This document shows positions 9,798-19,411 of a DNA stretch of 64,000 nt, one piece after another. This DNA comes from Desulfobacterales bacterium. GTDB taxonomy: Bacteria; Desulfobacterota; Desulfobacteria; Desulfobacterales; UBA5852. The stretch covers positions 2,496,001 to 2,560,000 of the forward strand of contig CAXXVS010000002.1 of NCBI GenBank assembly GCA_963674755.2, given 5' to 3'. Both the position numbers and the translations under genes were made by a program. Each line of letters begins with the position of its first letter. The first letter of the stretch is position 1. The notes under the pieces are model-generated. The model searched no databases. It was not told where the DNA came from and saw only the letters and a program-made list of their open reading frames with translations.

Positions 9798-12239
9798 TTA
9801 CTTTATCCGGGCCCGATACAGCCGCAGGCTGTTGCTCACCACCGAAATGCTGCTCATGGCCATGGCCAGGGCCGCCAGGATGGGGTGCAGATGGCGCAGG
9901 ATCTCGGGCAATCCGCTGAAAGGCGCCAGTACGCCTGCCGCTATGGGGATCAGGACCACATTGTAGACAAAGGCCAAAAAGAGGTTTTCGCGCACCGTGC
10001 GCATGGTCCGGCGGCTGATGGCGATGGTGCGCGGAATGCCGTTGAGGCTGCCGCTGGACAGGATCACGTCGGCGGTCTCGATGGCCACGTCCGTGCCGGT
10101 GCCGATGGCCAGGCCCACATCGGCCTGGGCCAGGGCCGGGGCATCGTTGATGCCGTCGCCCACCATCCCCACGATTTTGCCTTCTTCCTGGATCGCTTTG
10201 ACCTTGGCTGACTTTTCTTCCGGCCGCACTTCGGCGAAGATATCCTCGATGCCCACCTGGGCGGCGATGGTATGGGCGGTCTGAGGATTGTCGCCGGTCA
10301 GCATGATGACCTGCAGGCCCTGGTGCTGCAAAGCGGCAATAGCTTCGGCCGACTCTGATTTCACGGCATCGGCCACCGTCAGCAGGCCCGCCGTCTGATC
10401 GTCGCGGGTGACCACCATGACGGTCTTGCCCTCTTCCTGCAGCCTTGTGATATCACCGGCGGCATCCTCCAGGACGGCGTTGTTGAACCACTTGGGCTTG
10501 CCCACCCGCAGGGCTTGGCCGCTCACCCGGCCTTCCACTCCGAATCCGCCATGGGCTCTGAAATCTTCCAGTTTGCCCAACAGCAGGCCACGCTCCCGGG
10601 CTTCACGAACGATCGCCTTGCCCAAAGGATGTTCGGAGCCCTGCTCCACGGAAGCGGCCAGCACGAGCAATTCGTCTTCCGTAATACCGGCCCCGGGCCG
10701 GGGCACCAGGTCGGCCACGGCGGGTTTGCCTTCGGTGATGGTGCCGGTCTTGTCCAGCACGATGCTGTCCAGTTCGGTGGCTTTCTCCAGGGCGGCCGCC
10801 TGTTTGAACAGGATGCCCTTCTCGGCGCCCTTGCCGGTGCCGGCCATGATTGCCGTGGGTGTGGCCAGCCCGAGGGCACAGGGACAGGCGATGACCAGCA
10901 CGGCCACCAGGCGGATCATGGCAGGCACGAATTGGCCGCCGATCGCCCACCAGATGCCGAAGGTGACGAGCGCGATCAGGATCACCCCCGGCACAAAGAC
11001 GGCCGCCACACGGTCGGCCAGGGCCTGGATGGGGGCCTTGCTGCCCTGGGCTTCCTGCACCAGGCGGATGATCTGGGCCAGGGCGGTCTCGTGCCCCACC
11101 CGGGTGGCGCGGAACTTCAGCAGCCCTTCGCCGTTGATGGTGCCGCCGATCACCGTATCGCCGGTCGTCTTGTCCACCGGCAGGGGTTCGCCGCTGAGCA
11201 TGGCCTCGTCCACCGCCGAGCGGCCTTCGATCACCTGGCCGTCCACCGGGATGCGTTCGCCCGGCCGCACCACCACCACCATCTCCTTGGCGACCCGCGA
11301 CAGGGCGATCTCCTTTTCTTCCGTTCCATCGAGAATGACGGCGGTCTTGGGCTGTAAGCCGATCAGTTTGCGAATGGCGCTGCCGGTCTTGCCCTTGGTG
11401 CGGGCCTCCAGCAGCTTGCCCAGTTTGATCAGGGTGATGATCACGGCCGAGGTTTCGAAGTAGACATGGGTTCCCAGGGCGGGCAGGAAGAGCACGGTCA
11501 GGGAGTAGAAGTAGGCCACCGAAGAGCCCAGGGCGATCAGGACATCCATGTTGGCGCTCTTGTTGCGCAGACTTTTCAAACCGCCCACGTAATAGTCCCA
11601 GCCGGTGTAGAACTGGACCGGCGTGGCCAGGGCCAGGAAAAGCCAGTTCATCCAGACCGCATGGCTCCAAGTACCGATGATGCTGAAATCCCGCAGCATG
11701 CTCAACACGAAAAGGGGCGCCGCGAAAATCACGCCCACGATGAACTTGCGGGTCTGGTCTTTGATTTCGGCGCTCCGCGCTTGCAGCTCGGCATCTTCGG
11801 CATCCCCGCTCTCGTCCGGTGCGATGGCGCCGTAGCCCGCTTTCTCGATGGCGGCCACGATGGCGTCGATGGTCACCACGTCGGGCAGGTAATCCACGGC
11901 CGCCCGCTCGCTGGCAAAATTCACCGCGGCCTTCACCACCCCGTCCACCTTCTTATCGAGGACACGCGCGATGGTGGCAGCACAGTTGGCGCAGCTCATG
12001 CCGGTAATGGGCAATTCCACATGGGTGGCCGGCACTTTATAGCCCGAGCGCTGGATGCTCGCGACCAAATCCGCGACGGTCAAGGCCTCGGTGTCAAAAC
12101 GCACCTGGGCCTGTTCGGAGGCGAAATTGACCGAGGCCTCCTCGATGCCGTCCAGCTTTTTAAAACCACGCTCGATATTGGCGGCACAGTTGGCGCAGCT
12201 CATACCGGTAATGGGCAGGGTAACGGTCTCCTCACTCAC
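9798..12239 (-). CDS. copA: Cu(I)-translocating P1B-1 ATPase
   Basis: Two GMSCANC metal-binding domains, [22 protein letters not shown] and MxxSS. Confidence 0.95.
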   Translation of the reverse strand: MSEETVTLPITGMSCANCAANIERGFKKLDGIEEASVNFASEQAQVRFDTEALTVADLVASIQRSGYKVPATHVELPITGMSCANCAATIARVLDKKVDGVVKAAVNFASERAAVDYLPDVVTIDAIVAAIEKAGYGAIAPDESGDAEDAELQARSAEIKDQTRKFIVGVIFAAPLFVLSMLRDFSIIGTWSHAVWMNWLFLALATPVQFYTGWDYYVGGLKSLRNKSANMDVLIALGSSVAYFYSLTVLFLPALGTHVYFETSAVIITLIKLGKLLEARTKGKTGSAIRKLIGLQPKTAVILDGTEEKEIALSRVAKEMVVVVRPGERIPVDGQVIEGRSAVDEAMLSGEPLPVDKTTGDTVIGGTINGEGLLKFRATRVGHETALAQIIRLVQEAQGSKAPIQALADRVAAVFVPGVILIALVTFGIWWAIGGQFVPAMIRLVAVLVIACPCALGLATPTAIMAGTGKGAEKGILFKQAAALEKATELDSIVLDKTGTITEGKPAVADLVPRPGAGITEDELLVLAASVEQGSEHPLGKAIVREARERGLLLGKLEDFRAHGGFGVEGRVSGQALRVGKPKWFNNAVLEDAAGDITRLQEEGKTVMVVTRDDQTAGLLTVADAVKSESAEAIAALQHQGLQVIMLTGDNPQTAHTIAAQVGIEDIFAEVRPEEKSAKVKAIQEEGKIVGMVGDGINDAPALAQADVGLAIGTGTDVAIETADVILSSGSLNGIPRTIAISRRTMRTVRENLFLAFVYNVVLIPIAAGVLAPFSGLPEILRHLHPILAALAMAMSSISVVSNSLRLYRARIK

Positions 12240-12282
12240 GGCCGTCTCCTTTCAGCATTGTCGGGTGAAGCGGTGGGGAATT

Positions 12283-12471
12283 TCAGACCTTTTCCGTCCG
12301 CGTTTCTTTTTCTTCCGTGGACCGGGCCCCCCCATTGTCCGACGGTTCGTGCAAAGCCTTCGGATGGGGTGCCCACCCCTTGCCGTGACCGTCCTTGTCC
12401 GGCATGTGACGATCCACCAGGTTTCTAAGGTAAGTCTGCAAATCGGTATTGGCCAACGGATTCATGGTCAT
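12283..12471 (-). CDS. Small hypothetical protein, first ORF after sigma54 promoter
   Basis: AAAGGAG RBS; lies between promoter 12501-12516 and copA. Confidence 0.5.
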   Translation of the reverse strand: MTMNPLANTDLQTYLRNLVDRHMPDKDGHGKGWAPHPKALHEPSDNGGARSTEEKETRTEKV

Positions 12472-12500
12472 CTCCTTTCCCCATGTTGCAGCGTAAATAG

Positions 12501-12516
12501 AGCAATCCGTGTGCCA
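12501..12516 (-). promoter_or_regulatory. Sigma54 promoter for copA operon
   Basis: Minus strand TGGCACACGGATTGCT (GG-N10-GC), AT-rich tract upstream. Confidence 0.85.
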
Positions 12517-12582
12517 GCCAGCATAAAAATAGTTTTTTACTTTAATTTCTATAGGTTAAGATTTTTTTGGGAGAATGACGCT

Positions 12583-12642
12583 CGGGTAATTTCGTTACAG
12601 CGCTTGGGGGAAGAAAACGAGGGACTGTGTAATGATTACCCA
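12583..12642. promoter_or_regulatory. Paired putative enhancer (UAS) sites
   Basis: GGGTAATTTCGTTACAG and TGTGTAATGATTACCCA; a related pair occurs at 15028-15088. Confidence 0.5.
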
Positions 12643-12727
12643 TTCCGTCTCAATCCGGCACGGAAGGGACGCCCGGCGGAAAGGGATGCGACCGCGCCTG
12701 GTGCACCACCGGCCGCATCCCTTCATT

Positions 12728-12973
12728 CTAGTGGCATGTCATGGGTTTGCCTCCGGTGGCCTTTTCCATGCGGGCCAAGTAGCGCCGCCAGAACCCCTTG
12801 CGCTTGGGCTTGGTGTAGCGCTCCGGGTTGGCGAGAAAGGCGTCGCGGCACCCTTCCGCACAAAAAAAAACGTTGATGCCCTCATGGCAGATTTCCGCGG
12901 TGGCGGTCGACGGGTCGACTTCCATGCCGCAGACCGGATCGATCATTCTGGTTGTGGATCTATGGGTGTTCAT
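12728..12973 (-). CDS. YHS-domain protein
   Basis: DPVCGMEV...FFCAEGCRDAFLANPERY. Confidence 0.88.
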   Translation of the reverse strand: MNTHRSTTRMIDPVCGMEVDPSTATAEICHEGINVFFCAEGCRDAFLANPERYTKPKRKGFWRRYLARMEKATGGKPMTCH

Positions 12974-13341
12974 TGTTCCCTCCCCCCTTGTTCCAGGTCG
13001 CGTCGCATGGCATCGTAGCGCTCCTTGTCGATCTCACCCCGGGCGTAGCGTTTCTGGAGAATTTCAAGCGCGCTTTCGGCGCGCGGAGCTCCTTGGCCGT
13101 CCCCGCTGCCGGTAAAAAGCGCCGCGATCAACAGGACCAGCGCAACGATGACCACCACCCAGAAAAGCAACATCAGGATCCCGAAACCGGCACCGCCGCC
13201 GATCATCATGCCTTGGGGCATCTGCCAGTAGCCGGTGGCCCATACGCTGTAGCGGTGGTTGAACAGGAACCAGATCGCCCCGGCCACAAGGGCGGCCGAT
13301 ATGCCGATGCTCAGATAAGTGCTTTTTTTATGATCCATCAC
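12970..13341 (-). CDS. SHOCT-domain membrane protein
   Basis: Two TM helices, MPQGMMIGG, ALEILQKRYARGEIDKERY. Confidence 0.85.
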   Translation of the reverse strand: MMDHKKSTYLSIGISAALVAGAIWFLFNHRYSVWATGYWQMPQGMMIGGGAGFGILMLLFWVVVIVALVLLIAALFTGSGDGQGAPRAESALEILQKRYARGEIDKERYDAMRRDLEQGGREQ

Positions 13342-13451
13342 GGTGGGTTCTCCCTGCTCCAAAGCCTGATTTTGGCAGGCCGGCTATCTGCTTAGATTGT
13401 ATGGTCCGGGGCCGTTGGCCAGGCGGCCCCGGACGAGCGGTCGATTGCGAT

Positions 13452-14153
13452 TTACCAACCGTAGTCGCCGCGGAATCCGCCGGCATACGCCCGGTCGTGG
13501 TCCGAATCGGGCCGGGCCTTGTGAAGGGCCAGATCGTATTTAACCGAATATCGATCGAACTTGGCCTGCAACGAGGCCAATTCCTTTCGCAGCACTTTGA
13601 TCCTGTGCCGATTGGGAATCACCCGGTCCTTTTCGCGCTGGATGGCATGGCGGGTCTCGGCCATCTTTTCCTGCAGTCCGCGGGTCTGATGGTAGAACTT
13701 CGCCCGGGCCTTTTCCAGTCGGCGATATTCGCTCCGGGACAGATTGTGGTGGACCAGCCCATAGCTGTCATAGTCCGGCCCCATCATATCGTCATGGTGA
13801 TTCCAGCCGTCATGGTGGTTCCAGCCGTCGTGATGGCGCCAGTCGTCATGGTGGTGCCAGTCGTGGTCCATCATGGGACCGCCATGGTCGTAATACCCCA
13901 TCATGGGACCGCCGTCCCCCCCGCCGTAATCCCGTATATGGCCGCCGTAGTGCCAGTCGTGATCCGCCATGTGACCGCCGTAGCCGTCATCGAAATTACC
14001 CATCATGGGACCGCCGTCGTAATTCCACACATGGCCGCTGTCGTCGTCGCGGTCGCCCCGTTGCCCCCAGTCACCATGCGCCAGGGCGATACCGGACCCC
14101 GTGAAAACCAGCAGAACCGCCAGAATGAAGGCACTGCGCAATTGCCGTTTCAT
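13452..14153 (-). CDS. Exported ZraP/Spy-like protein with His/Asp/Trp- and GGPMMG-rich repeats (paralog 2)
   Basis: Signal peptide ...ALA-HG; DHDWHHHDDWRHHDGWNHHDGWNHHDD; NLSRSEY...KFYHQTRGL; ends YGW. Confidence 0.8.
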   Translation of the reverse strand: MKRQLRSAFILAVLLVFTGSGIALAHGDWGQRGDRDDDSGHVWNYDGGPMMGNFDDGYGGHMADHDWHYGGHIRDYGGGDGGPMMGYYDHGGPMMDHDWHHHDDWRHHDGWNHHDGWNHHDDMMGPDYDSYGLVHHNLSRSEYRRLEKARAKFYHQTRGLQEKMAETRHAIQREKDRVIPNRHRIKVLRKELASLQAKFDRYSVKYDLALHKARPDSDHDRAYAGGFRGDYGW

Positions 14154-14302
14154 ATCGTTTCTCCTTTGCTGGTTTGCGATCCATCGTCGTGCTTCCCTTC
14201 ATATCTGGATTCCGATTTCTGCAAACCCGCTTTATGTTTGTATCTCGTATTACGGTCCGGGACCGTTGCGAAGTCGGCCTCGGACGAGCGGCAGGTTGCG
14301 GA

Positions 14303-14860
14303 CTACCAGCCGTAGCCACCGCGGTATCCGTATCCGTTTCCGTAAGCCGGACCAGGGGTCGCATCGGGCGCGATCTTCCGGACAGCCAGATGATAGTTCA
14401 GCGCGTCCTTATCGTACTGCGCTCGCAAGGCGGACAAATCCTTCTGGAGGGCTTCGAGCTTGGTCCGGTCGGGGTTCGGCTGGCTCAATTGTTCCTGGAT
14501 GGCATATTGTTTTTGATCCATTTTTTGCCGCAGATCCTGGGTCTGATCGTAGAATTTCTGCCGGGCGTTATCCAGCTGGTTGTATTGATCCTGGGACAAG
14601 TTGCCATAAGCCGGTCCATAGCCCGGCCCCATCATGGGACCGTAGCCGGGCCCCATCATCGGGCCGTAGCCGCCGCCATAGCCGTAGCCCATCATGGGAC
14701 CACCATAGCCGCCCCCATAGCCCATCATGGGACCGCCATAGCCGCCACCGTAGCCCATCATGCCGCCGTATCCGCCATGGGCCCATACAACGCCGGCACC
14801 GGCGAGAATAAATATGGCACTGATAATAAGCGTGTTGCGTATCTGTGTTCTGTTCATCAT
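14303..14860 (-). CDS. Exported ZraP/Spy-like protein with GYGGPMMG repeats (paralog 1)
   Basis: Signal peptide ...VWA-HG; five MMG units; NLSQDQY...FYDQTQDLRQ...NPDRTKLEALQKDLSALRAQ; ends YGW. Confidence 0.85.
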   Translation of the reverse strand: MMNRTQIRNTLIISAIFILAGAGVVWAHGGYGGMMGYGGGYGGPMMGYGGGYGGPMMGYGYGGGYGPMMGPGYGPMMGPGYGPAYGNLSQDQYNQLDNARQKFYDQTQDLRQKMDQKQYAIQEQLSQPNPDRTKLEALQKDLSALRAQYDKDALNYHLAVRKIAPDATPGPAYGNGYGYRGGYGW

Positions 14861-14911
14861 TCGATCTCCTTGTATAAGGGTACTGGCTAAAGGTCGTTTC
14901 TTCGAAGATAT

Positions 14912-14927
14912 GGCAAAGCCCGTGCCA
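14912..14927 (-). promoter_or_regulatory. Sigma54 promoter for zraP-like operon
   Basis: Minus strand TGGCACGGGCTTTGCC. Confidence 0.85.
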
Positions 14928-15027
14928 TTGTTAGCGACGACGTCGCATTATTTTTTTAACCTTTTGTTATTTTTATATTATTTAGCTTACGTAGGGCTGT
15001 GCAGGGCGCCTTGTCGGCCTGACGCCC

Positions 15028-15088
15028 TGGGTAGAAGTGACACGCTTGAGGGGAATATTGCGGGAACCGCCTGTAACCTATTTACACA
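15028..15088. promoter_or_regulatory. Paired putative enhancer (UAS) sites
   Basis: TGGGTAGAAGTGACAC and CTGTAACCTATTTACACA, related to 12583-12642. Confidence 0.5.
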
Positions 15089-15119
15089 GGATGGCTTGGC
15101 CGGCCGGGATCGACGGGAT

Positions 15120-16499
15120 TTAAGCCAAATCATAGGCCTTCAACTTGTTGTGCAGGGTTTTGCGGGAGATGCCCAGCCGCCGCGCGGTCTCGCTCTTGTT
15201 GCCCTCCGTGGCGGCCAGGGTGGCCATGATGGCGTCCTTCTCCAGATCTTCCAGCGTGCGGTTGCCGTCCGTGGCAGGCGGGGCGGCAACCTCCGCCGGG
15301 ACATGACCCGGATGCTGGCGGACGATCCGCAGCGGCAGATGTTTATCGGTGAGATGTTCGCCGGAGACCAGGATCACCGCCCGTTCGATGGCATTTTCAA
15401 GCTCGCGGACATTACCCGGCCAGCCGTATTTGAGCAGCATGTCCATGGCCAGGGGGGCGAAGCCTTTGACCGTCTTGCGGTTGCGGCGGGCGTAGTGGTT
15501 GAGGAAGTGCTGGGCCAGCAGGGGGATGTCTTCCTGCCGGTCGCGCAGGGGCGGGATGGTCAGGTGCACGACGTTGAGCCGATAGAAGAGATCTTCACGA
15601 AAGCGCCCGTCGGTCACGTCCTTTTCAAGATCGCGGTTGGTGGCGGCCACCACCCGCACGTCCACCGGCAGAACGGCTTCACTGCCCACGCGCTGGATTT
15701 CTTTTTCCTGGAGGACCCGCAGGAGCTTGGCCTGCATGCGGGGGGAGGTCTCCCCGATCTCGTCCAGGAAAATCGTCCCGCTGTCGGCCTGTTTGAAGCG
15801 GCCTTCGCGCCGGCGGTCGGCCCCGGTGAAGGCCCCCTTTTCGTGTCCGAAAAGCTCGGACTCCAGCAGACTCTCGGCCAGGGCCGCACAATTGACGGTG
15901 ACCAGCGGGCCTTCGCGGCGGGGGCTGTTGTCATGCAGCGAGCGTGCGATCAGCTCCTTGCCGGTGCCGCTCTCCCCCGATATCAGCACGGTGGCTTCGG
16001 AAGGCGCCACCATGGCCAGCATGTCCATCAATGCCTTCATGGAAGCGCTCTTGCCGATGATGTCCGGCCGATCGAAATCTTCCTGCAGACGTGCTTTGAG
16101 ATCGTCGTTTTCCGCTTTGAGGCCGGCATGCTCGCAGGCCCGCTCGATACTGAGTTTCAGGACATCAAAATCAAAGGGTTTGATTAAATAATCGTAGGCC
16201 CCGCCCTTGAGGGCCTCCACGGCCGATTCCACGGAAGAATAGGCGGTCATGACGATGATCGGGATGGCGGGGTTGTAGCCTTTGATATGGTCCAGGGCCT
16301 CGATGCCGCTCATGGTCGTCATGCGCACGTCCATCAGGATCAGGTCCACCGGCAGGGCTTTGACCCGCTCCACGGCCTCCCGGCCGTCCGTGGCGGTTTC
16401 CACCTGATAGCCCCAGCTGCGGATAACGGTGGCCAGCGAAATCAGGTGGCCGGGGTCGTCGTCCACGATCATGATCCGGGTTGTCTTGGCGGCCGTCAT
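15120..16499 (-). CDS. Sigma54-dependent response regulator (ZraR/NtrC-like; REC-AAA+-Fis HTH)
   Basis: VDDD/MDVRM, GESGTGKE, GAFTGA, WPGNVRELEN, HTH; ATG 16499 overlaps kinase stop (ATGA). Confidence 0.95.
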   Translation of the reverse strand: MTAAKTTRIMIVDDDPGHLISLATVIRSWGYQVETATDGREAVERVKALPVDLILMDVRMTTMSGIEALDHIKGYNPAIPIIVMTAYSSVESAVEALKGGAYDYLIKPFDFDVLKLSIERACEHAGLKAENDDLKARLQEDFDRPDIIGKSASMKALMDMLAMVAPSEATVLISGESGTGKELIARSLHDNSPRREGPLVTVNCAALAESLLESELFGHEKGAFTGADRRREGRFKQADSGTIFLDEIGETSPRMQAKLLRVLQEKEIQRVGSEAVLPVDVRVVAATNRDLEKDVTDGRFREDLFYRLNVVHLTIPPLRDRQEDIPLLAQHFLNHYARRNRKTVKGFAPLAMDMLLKYGWPGNVRELENAIERAVILVSGEHLTDKHLPLRIVRQHPGHVPAEVAAPPATDGNRTLEDLEKDAIMATLAATEGNKSETARRLGISRKTLHNKLKAYDLA

Positions 16500-18301
16500 G
16501 GGGTCTTTTCCTCCGGGTGGCAGGGCAGGCGCAGGGTGAAACGGCTGCCCCGCCCCAGGGTGCTGTCCACCGTCAGCCGGCCCCCGTGGGCCTCGACGAT
16601 CTTGTGCACGATGGCCAGGCCCAGCCCGGTGCCCTTGGGTTTGGTGGTGAAATAAGGATCGAAGATCTGCTCGCGCTGCTCCGGTGCAATGCCCGGACCG
16701 GTATCGGCCACCTCGATGTCCAGGTAGCGGCCGCGGTTGCTCCGGCAGCACACCGTCAGGGTCCCGCCGTTTTCCATGGCCTCGATGGCATTCAAATGGA
16801 GATTGAGCAGACACTGGGCGAAGCGGTCGGGGTCGACCCGGACCGGACAGAGGGCGTCGTCGATCCGGGTTTCGATGCGAATCGCGCGGTCGGCGGCATC
16901 CTGGCGGACCAGCTGCAGGGAGCGCGCGATCAGAAAGGGGATGTCGGCCTCTTGGGGCTTCAAATCCGTGGGACGCGCAAACTCCAACAATTCGGTGATG
17001 GCCCGGTTGAGGCGGTCCACTTCCTGGGTCATCACATCGGCGGCTTCCCGCCCCGCGCTGCCTGTGGCGAACTGCCCCGCGAAGAAAGTGGCCAGGGCCT
17101 TGATGGAACTCAGCGGATTGCGGATCTCGTGGGCCACCCCGGCGGCCAGACCGCCGATGGCGGCCAGCTTCTCCTGCCGACGCACTTCGTCCTGCAGGCG
17201 GCGCACCTCGCCGAGATCGCGCAGGATGAGCACCTGGCCCACATAATCGCCATCCGCATTGACGATGCGCACCGCACTGAGGCTGATCGGGACTTCGTGC
17301 CCCCCCGGCGTTTTACAGGCCATCTCTTGTTCCAGAATCGTTTTACCCCGCTCCAGGGCCTCCCGCAGTCCGCACAGGCTTTGGGGCAGGGTCTCATCGG
17401 CGATCCGGCCCCGCAGGCGGTCCAGATTCAATCCGGTGATGCGCGCCGCCGCTGCATTGTAAAAGGCGATCTGCCCCGCCGGATCGGTGGCGATCAGCCC
17501 CACCGGCAGATGGGCCACGATTTCGTCGGCATAGGCCGTGGTGTCCTGCAGATTTTTCTGGGCCACCCGATAATTCTGCATCCAGGACAGGGAGACCAGT
17601 CCGCCGAAGCCCAGGACCAGAAGCACTGCCGAAAGCACCACCGTATTGAGGATATCGCCGCGGATGGCCGCCTCGAAGGGGGAAACATCCAGGCCGGCCA
17701 CGATGAGCAGCTGATTGAGGGGCTGGAACCAATCCTCCCGGCCATTCGGCAGGGGGCCGTGCTGGGGTCGCATGGCCGCCGGGTGGCTCCCGTCCGGTTC
17801 CAGAATGTTGTCCCAGGGCCGGAAAGGGCGATGCACCTCGAAAACAAGCTGCCCCTTGGCTCCCTCCACCAGCTCCCAGTCTTCATCCTGTTCAGGGCCC
17901 AGATGCCGCAGGGGCCGTCCTTCGTCCCGGAAAGGCTTCCCGATAAGCGCCTTATCGCTGTCGGCCACGACCCGGCCGTTGCGGTCCACCACGGCCATAA
18001 ACAGCACGTCCGGCAGACGCGCCGTTTCTTCCAGCAGGCGCTGCACTTCCTGCCCGTGCCAGCGCATGCCGGTCATGCCGGTGCGCGCTCCGGCCTCCAC
18101 GGCCTGGATCAGGGCCGCCCCTCTGGTTTTAAGGACCAGGGCCATATAGCGCTTTTCACGGTTGGTATTGGCGATGGCCAATACCATGACCACCACCAGC
18201 AAAATGGCGGTCGAGCCCAAGATAATCCAGGGAGAGGTCTGCAGCCCGGGCGAGGGTTTCCTTCTCAGTCGAACGGTCATACGCCGTATCCTTGAAAACA
18301 C
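16496..18301 (-). CDS. ZraS-like sensor histidine kinase with PAS domain
   Basis: Two TM helices, PAS, AHEIRNPL, DTGPGI, GTGLGL. Confidence 0.93.
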   Translation of the reverse strand: MFSRIRRMTVRLRRKPSPGLQTSPWIILGSTAILLVVVMVLAIANTNREKRYMALVLKTRGAALIQAVEAGARTGMTGMRWHGQEVQRLLEETARLPDVLFMAVVDRNGRVVADSDKALIGKPFRDEGRPLRHLGPEQDEDWELVEGAKGQLVFEVHRPFRPWDNILEPDGSHPAAMRPQHGPLPNGREDWFQPLNQLLIVAGLDVSPFEAAIRGDILNTVVLSAVLLVLGFGGLVSLSWMQNYRVAQKNLQDTTAYADEIVAHLPVGLIATDPAGQIAFYNAAAARITGLNLDRLRGRIADETLPQSLCGLREALERGKTILEQEMACKTPGGHEVPISLSAVRIVNADGDYVGQVLILRDLGEVRRLQDEVRRQEKLAAIGGLAAGVAHEIRNPLSSIKALATFFAGQFATGSAGREAADVMTQEVDRLNRAITELLEFARPTDLKPQEADIPFLIARSLQLVRQDAADRAIRIETRIDDALCPVRVDPDRFAQCLLNLHLNAIEAMENGGTLTVCCRSNRGRYLDIEVADTGPGIAPEQREQIFDPYFTTKPKGTGLGLAIVHKIVEAHGGRLTVDSTLGRGSRFTLRLPCHPEEKTP

Positions 18302-18603
18302 CGTCCTGTAGCCATCTCTATAAAGTATCTATATCTGACGGAATGTAAACATAGCGGCCCCGCCGGGACGGCGCGCCCGGGGTCGGAGCAGCATTTTCCG
18401 CACGATTCAGGCAGGCACGGCCCGCCTCCGTTTTTTGGGGAGGGAAGGATCATGCGGGACCGGGCTTTCCCGGTGGGGCTCCTTGGAGAAGTGTCAAAGC
18501 ACGCCGGATGCTGACAGGCACATCCCGGCACCTCCCGGACCTTGCGGATTCCGGACACCCGGCATGCTTTGACGGGGCAGATGGTGGGCCCAGAGGCGTG
18601 ATC

Positions 18604-18900
18604 TCAGCAGGAAAGATCGCTCAAGGCATAATCCGGCTGGTCGGTCGGGCCGTCCGGATGGGCCGCGGTGCGATAAAGCAGGCCATCGGCGCCGATTTCG
18701 TAATCCGGCAACGAACCCGCCCCCAGGGGGTGATGGGGGCAGCGGTAGATCTTCCCGTCGGCCCGCAGCTCATAATCGGGGTTCTCCGACCACCCGCGGG
18801 GATGGTCGACGGTCGGGAAGAGCCGGCCTTCGTCAAGGAGATAATCCGGTTCCGTCGATCCGCCCAGATGATGGGTCGCCGTTCTGAAAAGTTTGTACAT
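18604..18900 (-). CDS. 98-aa hypothetical protein of four 23-24-aa repeats (LYRTxxHPxGxxxxPDY)
   Basis: AAAGGAGG RBS before ATG 18900; internal repeats visible in the translation. Confidence 0.75.
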   Translation of the reverse strand: MYKLFRTATHHLGGSTEPDYLLDEGRLFPTVDHPRGWSENPDYELRADGKIYRCPHHPLGAGSLPDYEIGADGLLYRTAAHPDGPTDQPDYALSDLSC

Positions 18901-19034
18901 GGGGCATCCTCCTTTAAAGGGTAGCAATGCCCGCCGGAAGCGGTCGCCGGATGTGGTGGAAGCGGGGAGGGACAACCCCTGCCAGGACTTCCCTCCCCGC
19001 TTCCACCGGGGTGCGGCATCAACCGGAACACCAT

Positions 19035-19071
19035 AAAAAAAGCCCTTCAAACCTCTACGGTTTGAAGGGCT
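19035..19071 (-). terminator. Intrinsic terminator (riboswitch expression platform)
   Basis: AGCCCTTCAAACC-GTAGA-GGTTTGAAGGGCT followed by TTTTTT on minus strand. Confidence 0.88.
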
Positions 19072-19177
19072 GCACCCATCTAGCTTGACCCTTGTTCAAT
19101 CCGACCGGCCGGGCCTTCCGTTGTTCAACCGAAAGTCCTCCACCGATCGCATTGTCAACCGTCTTCCCGCGGTAGTT

Positions 19178-19345
19178 GTCAAGGCAGGTCTTCTGACTCC
19201 CGGGTCGTTCTACTCTCCAGGCCTTCCCGTTCGATGGCAATCGAACAGTGGCACGTGGGCGGATTTCGTCACCGGTTACAGCGGCGGGACCGTTCCCGAT
19301 TTGCACGGGATTCCCTATTAAGCCTTGCGGCACCTTGGGGATAGT
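19178..19345 (-). ncRNA. Cobalamin (B12) riboswitch
   Basis: Minus strand AGGTGC...AATAGGGAATCCCGTGCAAATCGGGAACGGTCCCGCCGCTGTAA...GCCACTG...GGGAAGG...B12 box GAGTCAGAAGACCTGCC; TTGACA at 19368-19373 upstream. Confidence 0.95.
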
Positions 19346-19411
19346 TTTAGAGGAGACCGGGAGACAATGTCAAGCTCAAATACAGGGATATCGCTTTGGA
19401 TGGCCAACGCC

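Noticed and set aside
13780..14780. CRISPR-like short repeats
   Set aside because: In-frame coding repeats of the ZraP-like arms; no unique spacers or cas genes.
15120..16814. 564-aa extended response regulator start
   Set aside because: The extension overlaps the kinase gene; ATG 16499 with ATGA coupling is the plausible start.
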